Origin: Candidatus Krumholzibacteriia bacterium | GTDB lineage: Bacteria; Krumholzibacteriota; Krumholzibacteriia; LZORAL124-64-63 | Direction of reading: 5' to 3' | Assembly: GCA_036351155.1 (NCBI GenBank) | Contig: JAZBOO010000163.1 | Coordinates: 1-64,000, forward strand | DNA length: 64,000 bases | Shown: positions 1 through 8,223 of the stretch, one piece after another | Numbering within the stretch: the stretch's first letter is position 1 | How the letters are laid out: every line of letters starts with the position of its first letter | Translations under genes and position numbers: made by a program | The notes under the pieces: model-generated | What the model was told of the DNA's origin: nothing | What the model saw: the letters and a program-made list of their open reading frames with translations, nothing else | The model's database searches: none

Positions 1-371
1 AGGTGGCCTTCGGGGTCGAGCTCGCTGGTCTGCCAGGCCCCCAGAAATGAGGCGGCAACTTCGCCGGACAACAGGCGGTCCACCGCATCCTGGTAGCTGG
101 TGCTCAGGCGCAGCTCATAAAAATAGGTGCCGTTGTGGTTGAGGTAATCCAGAATGGGTTGATAACCCTGGTAAATGATGTTGGGAGCGAATCGCGAAAT
201 GACCCCGATCCGGACCACCTCCCGGCCATGGTCAGGGGGCACGGGGTTCCGGCCCTCGGGCATGGGGAAGGACGTCCCGATGTCCTGCAGGTCGCTCAGA
301 ACCCAGAAGTTCACCAGCAACAGGAAGCCGAGCACGACGATCGCGGATAATGTGGAAAACAGACGGTTCAT
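1..371 (-). CDS. PhnD/phosphate-phosphonate-type substrate-binding protein (5' part; runs off the window)
   Basis: Not in the ORF track. Manual translation from ATG 371 is open to the window edge: MNRLFSTLSAIVVLGFLLLVNFWV...VRIGVISRFAPNIIYQGYQPILDYLN...ELRLSTSYQDAVDRLLSGEVAASFLGA. N-terminal TM/signal segment plus a PhnD-like N-lobe pattern. Confidence 0.75.
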   Translation of the reverse strand, partial: MNRLFSTLSAIVVLGFLLLVNFWVLSDLQDIGTSFPMPEGRNPVPPDHGREVVRIGVISRFAPNIIYQGYQPILDYLNHNGTYFYELRLSTSYQDAVDRLLSGEVAASFLGAWQTSELDPEGH

Positions 372-392
372 GTGGCGGAGGATAGCCTGTCA

Positions 393-428
393 GGCGATAT
401 TTCGCCAGCAAAAGGGCGACATTTCGCC
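393..428. promoter_or_regulatory. Tandem palindromic sites, probable enhancer (UAS) for a sigma54 activator
   Basis: GGCGA-TATT-TCGCC (393-406) and GGCGA-CATT-TCGCC (415-428), 22 bp apart and about 100 bp upstream of a -24/-12 promoter. Confidence 0.7.
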
Positions 429-459
429 AGATTTTGAGTGGTTTTATTTTCATCTCGCA

Positions 460-484
460 TAAGTCATTTGTTGACAATAGCTTG
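460..484. promoter_or_regulatory. Possible IHF-binding site
   Basis: TAAGTCATTTGTT and TGACAATAGCTTG are each 2-mismatch matches to WATCAANNNNTTR, lying between the UAS and the sigma54 promoter. Confidence 0.4.
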
Positions 485-499
485 TTTTTGGTTCGAGGG

Positions 500-515
500 T
501 GGCACGGGCATTGCT
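500..515 (+). promoter_or_regulatory. sigma54 (RpoN) -24/-12 promoter
   Basis: TGGCACG-GGCA-TTGCT matches TGGCACG-N4-TTGCW exactly, about 50 bp upstream of the CYTH gene. Confidence 0.85.
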
Positions 516-566
516 TTTCCCGAGCGATTCGGTGCGACATCCATTGATTTCAAGGAGTTTGTGGGC

Positions 567-1037
567 ATGGGACAAGAAATTGAACGCAAATACCTGATCA
601 GCGGTGAGGCCTGGCGTGAGGGCAACGAGGGAACGCTGTATCGTCAGGGGTACCTGAACAGCGCCAAGGAGCGGGTGGTCCGGGCCAGGACCATGGGCCA
701 GAAGGCAGCCTTGACCATCAAGGGCGTTTCCCGGGGAGCCACCCGGCTGGAGTTCGAATACGACATTCCTCTGTCCGATGCCGAGCAGCTTCTGGAGCTT
801 TGTGAGCCCCCCCTGATCGAGAAAACCCGATATGTGATTTCCCATGGCGGTTTGAACTGGGAAGTGGACGAATTCCACGGAGCCAACGAGGGCTTGATCG
901 TGGCCGAATGTGAGCTCGAGTCGGAGGATCAGGCCATCGACAAGCCCGACTGGATCGGCGAGGAAGTGACCGGCGATCCGCGCTATTACAATTCCAATCT
1001 GATCGCCAATCCCTACAGCACCTGGCAGGATAAATGA
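567..1037 (+). CDS. CYTH-domain protein (triphosphate tunnel metalloenzyme; inorganic triphosphatase-like)
   Basis: EIERK (ExExK) N-terminus, QGYL, R-x-R, LTIKG, RLEFEY, IEKTR, WEVDEF, AECEL, EVTGDPRYYN; AAGGAG RBS before ATG 567. Confidence 0.9.
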   Translation: MGQEIERKYLISGEAWREGNEGTLYRQGYLNSAKERVVRARTMGQKAALTIKGVSRGATRLEFEYDIPLSDAEQLLELCEPPLIEKTRYVISHGGLNWEVDEFHGANEGLIVAECELESEDQAIDKPDWIGEEVTGDPRYYNSNLIANPYSTWQDK

Positions 1038-1065
1038 TCATCCCAGTTTTCAAGGGAGGCGTCCT

Positions 1066-2628
1066 GTGACGGCGGCGGCGGCTTCTGCCCAGGCCAAGGC
1101 CGTCCTGGGGCGGATCGACGAGATCCTTGACGTCAGCCGTAACAAGCTGAGTCAGGTTCCCGATAAAAAGCTGACGGCCAGTGAACGATGGATGAAGTAC
1201 CTGGGATTCCCGCTGGGCATCCTGGTCTTTCTGGTTCTGTTCTACATGCCCACCCCGGACGGTTTGACCACCGGTGGCCAGGTGGTCCTTGCCGTGTTTG
1301 CCACGGCGCTGGTCTGGTGGATCACCGAACCCATACCTACGCATCTCACCAGCCTGATGCTGATGGCCCTGATGGTCTTCTTCCACGGCTGGGGAGAAAC
1401 CAAGGTCCTGGGTGTTCTGGGCTTCAGCGTCATCTGGCTGAATGTTCTGGCTTTTATCCTGTCTTCCATGCTGGTCAAGACCAACCTGGCCAAGCGCATT
1501 GCTCTCAGTCTGATCGTGCGCTTCGGCAAGACGAGCAAGTGGATCCTGGCGGCTTTCTTCAGTCTCAACCTTTTCCTGGCCGCTTTCATTCCTGCGACGG
1601 CAGCCCGCGCGGCCATCTTGCTACCTATCATCATCGTGGTGGCCAGTATCTACGGGGCCAGCAACAAGAACCCCAACAACTTCGGGCGCAATCTCTTCTT
1701 GCAGAACCTGCAGGGCATCAACATTGGCAGCAGCGCCTACATGACCGGCAGCAACGCCAACCTCATTGCCGTGGCTTTCATCCTGTCCATGGGAGGCAGC
1801 CGGGTCTATTACACCGACTGGTTGTTCGCCTCCTTCCCGGTGGTGGTGGTGGCCATGCTGATCAGCTGGTACCTCGGGCCCCGATTGGTCTTCCGGATCC
1901 CTGCTGAACAGCAGACACCGGTGGTTGAAGGCGGGCTGGACAAGATGAAGGAGAAGCTGCACGAGATGGGTTCGGTCACCCGCGGAGAAAAGCAGGCCGG
2001 GGCCATCTTCGGTCTGGTGATCTTGCTCTGGGTCACCGACAAGCTTCATATGAGCGTGATGGGCTTCGAGATCTCGGCGGTCATGGCCGCCTTCATCGGG
2101 GCCGTCATTGCCCTGTTTCCCAAGATCGGCCTTTTGAAATGGAACGAGGCCGACATTCCCTGGCACCTGATGCTCTTTTCCTGCGGGGCCTACGCCGGCG
2201 GTCTGGCCTTGAACGACACCGGAGCGGCACGCTGGCTGGTGGGTTCCCTTTTCGAGATGATGAACATCCAGCCGGGCGTCAATTTCTGGCTGGTCTACTG
2301 CCTGGTCATCACGGTGAACATGTTCAGCCACCTGTTCTTCACCAGCAAGACCATGCGGACCCTGATCTTCATCCCCTTCGTCATCGCCATTGCCCAGAAC
2401 CTGGGTTATGACCCCCTGTGGCTGGCTCTGCCGGCGGCTTTCACCATCGACTGGGTGATTGGCCTGCCCATCAATGCCAAGCCCAACGTCATTCTGTTTG
2501 CCACGGGGCAGTACTCGGTGCTGGACAACCTGAAGTACGGTCTGATCATGACCACCGTGGGGTCAGTGTTGCTGATTCTGGCCGGCCTGACCTGGTTCCG
2601 GGTCCTGGGCATCACACCGGGGTTGTGA
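1066..2628 (+). CDS. DASS/SLC13 family sodium-coupled anion symporter
   Basis: Multi-TM protein with WITEPIP, LAKRIAL, IPATAAR, TGSNANL and LPINAKPN motifs; GGGAGG RBS. Confidence 0.88.
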   Translation: MTAAAASAQAKAVLGRIDEILDVSRNKLSQVPDKKLTASERWMKYLGFPLGILVFLVLFYMPTPDGLTTGGQVVLAVFATALVWWITEPIPTHLTSLMLMALMVFFHGWGETKVLGVLGFSVIWLNVLAFILSSMLVKTNLAKRIALSLIVRFGKTSKWILAAFFSLNLFLAAFIPATAARAAILLPIIIVVASIYGASNKNPNNFGRNLFLQNLQGINIGSSAYMTGSNANLIAVAFILSMGGSRVYYTDWLFASFPVVVVAMLISWYLGPRLVFRIPAEQQTPVVEGGLDKMKEKLHEMGSVTRGEKQAGAIFGLVILLWVTDKLHMSVMGFEISAVMAAFIGAVIALFPKIGLLKWNEADIPWHLMLFSCGAYAGGLALNDTGAARWLVGSLFEMMNIQPGVNFWLVYCLVITVNMFSHLFFTSKTMRTLIFIPFVIAIAQNLGYDPLWLALPAAFTIDWVIGLPINAKPNVILFATGQYSVLDNLKYGLIMTTVGSVLLILAGLTWFRVLGITPGL

Positions 2629-2630
2629 TA

Positions 2631-3440
2631 ATGCAAGCCAGAAAAGTTGCCATCATGCTCGCGATCACGGTCTTGACCGTGCTCACCCTGTTCGTGATCT
2701 CACTGGTCGATGCCAAGGCCTTCGGAGCCGAGGTCCCGGCCTCGCAAGCCCTGGGTGCTGTTCCCGACACCCTGGCCCTGCTGAGCGAGCGTATCACCAT
2801 CGGGTCGGACGGAAACGCAGGGGTTGAAGTTGTGGCAGTCCTCGGTAAAGGCGGTTCAGGTGACCTCCTTCTGCCTTTTGCCTTCGAGGCTGGCCAAGAT
2901 TTCGCCATTCTGTCCGGCCCGGTCGTTTTTTCCCGGGATGCTGCCGGGGCTCCGCGGCCGGTGCGTGAGGTGCTGGGCCACCGCATGCTCAACCTGGCCA
3001 CCACCTCCCTGTCCGCGGCAGGCGATACGGTGGTGGTGAGTGCTTCGGTTCCGGGTTGGTTCAATCAGAAGGAAGCCCGCGAGGAGTATGGGGAATTCAG
3101 TCTCGGGCATCAATACCTCAACACCTCCCGGTTCCTGATCAAAAAGTTCACCTTGGAGCTGGAATTGCCTCCGGGTATGCTCGTGCATACGGTCACCAAA
3201 GTGGTGCCAGGCTACGACCCCAAGAAGAGCCCCGAGCCGCCCTACCAGATCGGAAGATCAGAGAACGCCGGATGGGCGACCCTGCATCAGGAGAATTTGG
3301 CCCCGGCTGGGGGTTGCCGTCTGGATATGCACATCAGGCCGGCCCGCCGGGGGCCTGTCCCACTGATTGCCGGCGTGGTGCTGGCCCTGCTTTATCTGGT
3401 GTTTTTTCGGGATGTTCTCAAGGCCAAGGAAACGGAGTAG
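2631..3440 (+). CDS. Hypothetical exported protein with C-terminal membrane anchor
   Basis: ATG 2 nt after the DASS stop; signal peptide/TM at the N-terminus; C-terminal TM (PLIAGVVLALLYLVFF) followed by a charged tail. Confidence 0.7.
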   Translation: MQARKVAIMLAITVLTVLTLFVISLVDAKAFGAEVPASQALGAVPDTLALLSERITIGSDGNAGVEVVAVLGKGGSGDLLLPFAFEAGQDFAILSGPVVFSRDAAGAPRPVREVLGHRMLNLATTSLSAAGDTVVVSASVPGWFNQKEAREEYGEFSLGHQYLNTSRFLIKKFTLELELPPGMLVHTVTKVVPGYDPKKSPEPPYQIGRSENAGWATLHQENLAPAGGCRLDMHIRPARRGPVPLIAGVVLALLYLVFFRDVLKAKETE

Positions 3441-3442
3441 TC

Positions 3443-4084
3443 ATGCCTTTGTTCAGGACCAGCAAGGTTCTCGAAAAGCAGATCGACGATTTTCTCGACA
3501 CGGTGGGCGAAGGCGCCCTGGTCTTCCGGGAAGGAATCCTTTCGTATCTCGGGAACGATGCCGACGGCTTCGCCTCGGCCATCAGCAAGATCGACAAGCT
3601 GGAGTCGCGCGCCGACAAATTGAGTCGCGAAGTCGAGGCACATCTTTACCGGCATTCCCTGATTCCCGAGCACCGTGGGGATGTGCTGGGGTTGCTGGAA
3701 AACACCGACAACATCATCGACCGCATCAAGACCAGCCTGCATCAGTTCAGTGTGGAGCAACCCGATATTCCCGAGGTTTACCACGAAGGATTCCGCAAGC
3801 TGGCCGACGCCAGCTGTGAAGCAGCCGAGGCGGTGGTCGTTTCGGCCCGGGCGTTTTTTCGCGATGTCGAGGCTGTGCAGGACAACCTTTACAAGGTTCA
3901 TCATTTCGAGAAGGAAGCTGACCACATCAGCGATTCGCTCAAGCGCAAGGTGTTCGCCAGCGATCTGGCCCTGGCGCACAAGATCCATCTGCGCTACTTC
4001 GCGTTGAACGTGGAGCTGGTGTCGGACAAGGCCGAAGAGGTCGCGGACCGACTGGCCATCTATGCCATCAAACGGAATGTCTGA
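3443..4084 (+). CDS. DUF47/TIGR00153 phosphate transport regulator (PhoU-like)
   Basis: LESRADKL, L-I-P-E-H-R-G-D, EKEAD and SDKAEEVADRL motifs; directly upstream of a PiT transporter. Confidence 0.9.
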   Translation: MPLFRTSKVLEKQIDDFLDTVGEGALVFREGILSYLGNDADGFASAISKIDKLESRADKLSREVEAHLYRHSLIPEHRGDVLGLLENTDNIIDRIKTSLHQFSVEQPDIPEVYHEGFRKLADASCEAAEAVVVSARAFFRDVEAVQDNLYKVHHFEKEADHISDSLKRKVFASDLALAHKIHLRYFALNVELVSDKAEEVADRLAIYAIKRNV

Positions 4085-4094
4085 GGCGATCTGA

Positions 4095-5582
4095 ATGGAG
4101 ACCCTCCTTTTCCTTTCCAGCGGGTTGTTCCTGGGGTGGTCCCTGGGAGCCAACGACGCGGCCAACGTATTTGGCACCGCCGTGGGTACCCGGATGGTCA
4201 AGTTCCATACCGCTGCTCTGGTCTGCTCGGTCTTCATCGTGCTGGGGGCGACCATCAGCGGGGCAGGTGCGGCCCATACTCTGGGAAGGCTGGGCGCGGT
4301 CAACGCCCTGGCCGGTTCCTTCACCGTGGCCCTCGCTTCTGCCTTGACCACCTTCTGGATGACCCGGCTCAGGATTCCCGTGTCCACCTCGCAATCCATT
4401 GTCGGGGCCATCATCGGCTGGAATCTCTACTCATCTTCGGTGACCGACACCTCCTCGTTGACCAAGATCGTCACCACCTGGGTGGCCTGCCCCTTGATCT
4501 CGGGCGTCATGGCCGTTCTGCTGTTCCTGCTGGTGCGCTGGTTGCTCAAGGTGACCAAGCCGCACCTGCTGCGGCTGGATGCCCTGACCCGTCTGGGCCT
4601 CCTTCTGGTCGGGGCTTTTGGCAGTTACAGCCTGGGGGCCAACAATATTGCCAACGTCATGGGTGTGTTCGTCCCGGATAGCCCGTTCACCGACATCGAC
4701 TTTTTTGGACTCTTCACCATCACCGGGGTGCAGCAATTGTTTTTCCTCGGGGCCGTGGCCATCGGGGTGGGCGTGTTCACCTATTCGCGCCGGGTCATGT
4801 CCACCGTGGGTGGGGGACTGGCGCGCATCTCCCCGGTCCCCGCCCTGGTGATTGTTCTGGCCCAGTCCTTGACCCTGTTTCTCTTCGCCTCCGAAAGCCT
4901 GGAGTTTTTTCTGGCCAGCCGCGGCTTGCCCACTTTTCCCCTGGTGCCCGTCAGCAGCAGCCAGGCGGTGATCGGCGCCATCGTTGGCCTCAGCCTGTTC
5001 AAGGGCGGGGGCATTCGCTACAAGGTTCTGGGAGAAATTTCCCTGGGCTGGGTGGCCACGCCATTGGTTGCAGGAGTGGTGGCCTTCCTGCTACTGTTCG
5101 TGATGGACAACGTATTTGACCAGAAAGTTCAGACGGTCCAGGAGTATCGGCTGGATGCAGCAGTTCAGGATGAAATGGAGCGGCGCGGGATTGTTGATCC
5201 CGGTCTGGTGGATTTCATGGACCTGACTTACACCAATCCTTCCACCCTGAAGGACAATCTGGAGAAGGGCACCGACCTGAGCAGCAAGCAGGTCGATCTG
5301 GTCCTGGAACTGGCCCTGACCGGGCGCTGGGAAATCCGTCCCGGGGTCATTGCCCGTGATGTGGACAAGCATTGGTTGACCGGAGACCAGATGGCTGCCC
5401 TGCGTTCATTGCAGGGCCAAAGTTTTGATCATGCCTGGCAGTTCCAGCAGGCGTTGGCCGCGGCTTCACCGCAGTGGCAAGCACGTCCCAAGGCGGCGAC
5501 CAACAAGATCTGGAACAAGGAATTGAGCAGCAAGCTGTCCTTCCTGTACCGTGTGTTCAGGACGGACGAACAGGATGAGTAG
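4095..5582 (+). CDS. pit: Inorganic phosphate transporter, PiT family, with C-terminal soluble extension
   Basis: GANDAAN and GANNIAN signatures; PVSTSQ and PVSSSQ repeats. Confidence 0.92.
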   Translation: METLLFLSSGLFLGWSLGANDAANVFGTAVGTRMVKFHTAALVCSVFIVLGATISGAGAAHTLGRLGAVNALAGSFTVALASALTTFWMTRLRIPVSTSQSIVGAIIGWNLYSSSVTDTSSLTKIVTTWVACPLISGVMAVLLFLLVRWLLKVTKPHLLRLDALTRLGLLLVGAFGSYSLGANNIANVMGVFVPDSPFTDIDFFGLFTITGVQQLFFLGAVAIGVGVFTYSRRVMSTVGGGLARISPVPALVIVLAQSLTLFLFASESLEFFLASRGLPTFPLVPVSSSQAVIGAIVGLSLFKGGGIRYKVLGEISLGWVATPLVAGVVAFLLLFVMDNVFDQKVQTVQEYRLDAAVQDEMERRGIVDPGLVDFMDLTYTNPSTLKDNLEKGTDLSSKQVDLVLELALTGRWEIRPGVIARDVDKHWLTGDQMAALRSLQGQSFDHAWQFQQALAAASPQWQARPKAATNKIWNKELSSKLSFLYRVFRTDEQDE

Positions 5583-5672
5583 CTGTTTTTTCGGGAGCCA
5601 CCAGGAATCCCCCTGAGTGTCTGCACGGGAAAATGGATGCAGGTCCGAAACCTCACACAAGGAGAACCCGAA

Positions 5673-6944
5673 ATGCGTAATTGGTCTATCAAACTGGCGG
5701 CGGTGTTCGTGCTGATGGTCATGGCCGGCGCAGCTCTGGCCGGTTCGACCCCCCTGAAGGCCACCTCCGAAGACGGAATCCTGGTCTTCGAATCCGACGA
5801 CAGTGCGTTCAAGTGGTGGTTCGACGCCCGCGCCTACATCGACATGGCCATGTACTTCGATGACGGCCCCCTGTGGTTCGACGACGAGGGTTCCTTCGCT
5901 GAGGACCGCGCCGAGCTGCAGAATTCCCTGGCCGGCGGCATGATGATCCGTCGGGCCCGCTTTGCCCTCAAGAGCCAGCTCTGGGGCGACTGGTACAGCG
6001 AGGTCGACATGGACTTCGCCGAGGAAGCCACCGCCCTGAAGGATGCCTACATCAGCTACCGCGGCCTGTTCAACGGCAGCGGCCGGGTCCGCGTGGGTAA
6101 CTTCCGCCAGCCCTTCGGCCTGGAAGAAGTGACCACCAGCCGCAACCTGATGTTCATGGAACGCAGCATGGGCACCGATCCCTTCGTGGTGGGCCGCCGT
6201 CTGGGCCTGGAAGTCACCCGCTGGTCAGACACCTACCGGGCCTCGGTTTCCGCCTTCGGCGGGGACGTTGAAGACTTCTACAAGGAATCCAACGAGAACG
6301 TGAGCTTCGCCGCTCGGGTGAACTACACGCCCATCCGCACCGACGAGAGCACCCTGATGATCGGCGCCTCTGGCACCATGCAGAAGCCCACCTTCGTGGA
6401 CTTCGACATCAAGGTGAATTCCCGTCCGGAGACCAACGTTTCGGACACCAAGTTCGTTTACGCCAAGTACGGCGACGTTGACAAGTACAATGTCTTCGGC
6501 GGCGAACTGGCTTACGTCAACAAGCGCTTCATGCTGCAGGGCGAGTACATGATGGCCAAGTACACCTTCCTGGACAGTGAAGAAGATCCCGACGTCAGCA
6601 ACAGTGGCGGCTACGTCTTCGCCAGTTACTTCCTGACCGACGACACCCACAGCTACGACCACAAGGACGCCGAATTCAGCGGCGTCAAGCCCCGCAACAA
6701 GGGCGGCGCCTGGGAAGTGGCCATGCGCTACTCCACCATCGATCTGAACGACGAGGATGCCGACACCATGTACGGTAGCGCCACCTCCTTCACCCTGGGT
6801 GTGAACTACTACCCCAACCCCAACGTCAAGCTGATGATGAACTACGGCATGGTGGACAACGACGAGTACGCCACCGGCCGTGGGGACTTCAATGGTGACT
6901 ACGACTTCGAGTATCTGAGCATGCGCTTCCAGACCGCCTTCTAG
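5673..6944 (+). CDS. OprO/OprP family phosphate-selective porin
   Basis: Signal peptide; RRARF, LKDAYI, GNFRQPFGLEEVTTSRNLMFMER, GAWEVAMRYS and TLGVNYY motifs; C-terminal F; AAGGAG RBS. Confidence 0.92.
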   Translation: MRNWSIKLAAVFVLMVMAGAALAGSTPLKATSEDGILVFESDDSAFKWWFDARAYIDMAMYFDDGPLWFDDEGSFAEDRAELQNSLAGGMMIRRARFALKSQLWGDWYSEVDMDFAEEATALKDAYISYRGLFNGSGRVRVGNFRQPFGLEEVTTSRNLMFMERSMGTDPFVVGRRLGLEVTRWSDTYRASVSAFGGDVEDFYKESNENVSFAARVNYTPIRTDESTLMIGASGTMQKPTFVDFDIKVNSRPETNVSDTKFVYAKYGDVDKYNVFGGELAYVNKRFMLQGEYMMAKYTFLDSEEDPDVSNSGGYVFASYFLTDDTHSYDHKDAEFSGVKPRNKGGAWEVAMRYSTIDLNDEDADTMYGSATSFTLGVNYYPNPNVKLMMNYGMVDNDEYATGRGDFNGDYDFEYLSMRFQTAF

Positions 6945-6959
6945 GCCGGCCTGGGCAGA

Positions 6960-6994
6960 CAAGCCGGGGCCGATCTGTTCGGCCCCGGCTTTTT
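6960..6994 (+). terminator. Intrinsic terminator after the porin gene
   Basis: AGCCGGGGCCGA-TCTGT-TCGGCCCCGGCT hairpin followed by TTTT. Confidence 0.8.
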
Positions 6995-7014
6995 CACAAA
7001 GAGGAGAAGACCAG

Positions 7015-7659
7015 ATGGGCAAGGAAGATTTGAAAATCGGCGAGGTGTCCAAGCCCCGCTTCGAGTTCCGGACCTTCGGTCAGGACTTCGACGAGGAAGC
7101 ATACCGCATGTCCCGCCTGTCCGTCCCGGTGCCCGAGAAGGTGTGGGAAAGGACCTCGGACGAGATCTATATCATGTCCCGGGCCAACGACCTGAACAAC
7201 ACCAAGATCCGTGATGGGAAAATGGACATCAAGACCTTCGTGTGTGCCAAGGAAGGGCTGGAGCAGTGGAATCCCCTGATGAAGGGTGAATTTCCCATTG
7301 CCGTGTCCGTTTTGACCGAAGAAGTTTTCCCCGCTTTCCAGGTCCAGGCTCCGGCCTTCGATCAGGACACCTACACCCTGGAACAGTTTCTGAAAATGAT
7401 TGCCGATCACCCGGATCTGCAGGCGGTCAAGGTGCGCAAGCACCGCTTCGGGTACATGGTCAATGACACGATCTGCGAGGTGGCCGAGGTTCTGATCAAC
7501 GGCGCCAAGGTCGTGACCATCAACTCCGAATCCACCGAGCTCGAAGACATCCACAAGACCCTGGAACTGGTGGGGCTGACCGGTGTCGAGAACATCAACT
7601 ATCTCCAGTGCATCAAGCGGGTCATCGGCTGGATCGACAAGGACCTGGCCAATTCCTGA
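7015..7659 (+). CDS. Hypothetical protein, probable divergent CYTH-like fold
   Basis: GAGGAG RBS; motif order RFEFRTF / DEIY / TKIR / MDIK / LEQW / RKHR / CEVAE / NSE parallels CYTH strands. Confidence 0.6.
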   Translation: MGKEDLKIGEVSKPRFEFRTFGQDFDEEAYRMSRLSVPVPEKVWERTSDEIYIMSRANDLNNTKIRDGKMDIKTFVCAKEGLEQWNPLMKGEFPIAVSVLTEEVFPAFQVQAPAFDQDTYTLEQFLKMIADHPDLQAVKVRKHRFGYMVNDTICEVAEVLINGAKVVTINSESTELEDIHKTLELVGLTGVENINYLQCIKRVIGWIDKDLANS

Positions 7660-7705
7660 ATTCCTGGGGTTTTGGGGCGGCACCCTGAACCCCAGGCATT
7701 TTCCT

Positions 7706-7734
7706 GTGACAAACGCCGCGAATACCGCTATCAT
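7706..7734 (+). promoter_or_regulatory. sigma70-type promoter of rnpB
   Basis: GTGACA-N17-TATCAT, 7 nt upstream of the RNase P P1 helix. Confidence 0.6.
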
Positions 7735-7741
7735 GAAAACC

Positions 7742-8122
7742 GAGAAGTCGGAGAGACAGTCGCGGGTCTTGTCCCGGAAACGGAAAGGTTCGAGGAAAGT
7801 CCGAGCTCCACAGGGCAGGGTGCTGGTTAACGACCAGGGGGAGTGATCCCACGGAAAGTGCCACAGAAAATATACCGCCGTGCCGCAAGGGACGGTAAGG
7901 GTGAAATGGTGAGGTAAGAGCTCACCGCGCTCCTGGTGACAGGAGTGGCAGGGTAAACCCCACCTGGAGCAAGACCAAATAGAGGAGGATGAGGCGGCCC
8001 GCCTCGTTAGGACTCCCGGGTAGGTCGCTAGAGGGTGTCGGCAACGGCATTCCCAGATACATGACTGTCGCCGGGGCGGCTTGCTGCCCCGGTAACAGAA
8101 CTCGGCTTACGACCGGCTTCTC
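7742..8122 (+). ncRNA. rnpB: RNase P RNA, bacterial type A
   Basis: GAGGAAAGTCCGAGCTC, GGAAAGTGCCACAGAAAA, GGTAAACCCCACCTGGAGCAAG and ACAGAACTCGGCTTA conserved regions; P1 pairing GAGAAGTCGG/CCGGCTTCTC. Confidence 0.97.
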
Positions 8123-8223
8123 ACGTCGCAAATCACAACCCGCAAGGGTTGCCATGGTCCGGATGTTCCATCGCACATCCGGACCCCAGCGGTTCCTGCC
8201 GGAACCGGTCGTGGAGGACGTGA

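Noticed and set aside
372..566. Pho box upstream of the phosphate transport genes
   Set aside because: No convincing CTGTCAT 11-bp direct repeats; the sigma54 architecture explains the region better
567..1037. Annotation of the CYTH protein as an adenylate cyclase
   Set aside because: Most CYTH proteins are triphosphatases, and the phosphate-transport context favours that; cyclase activity is unsupported
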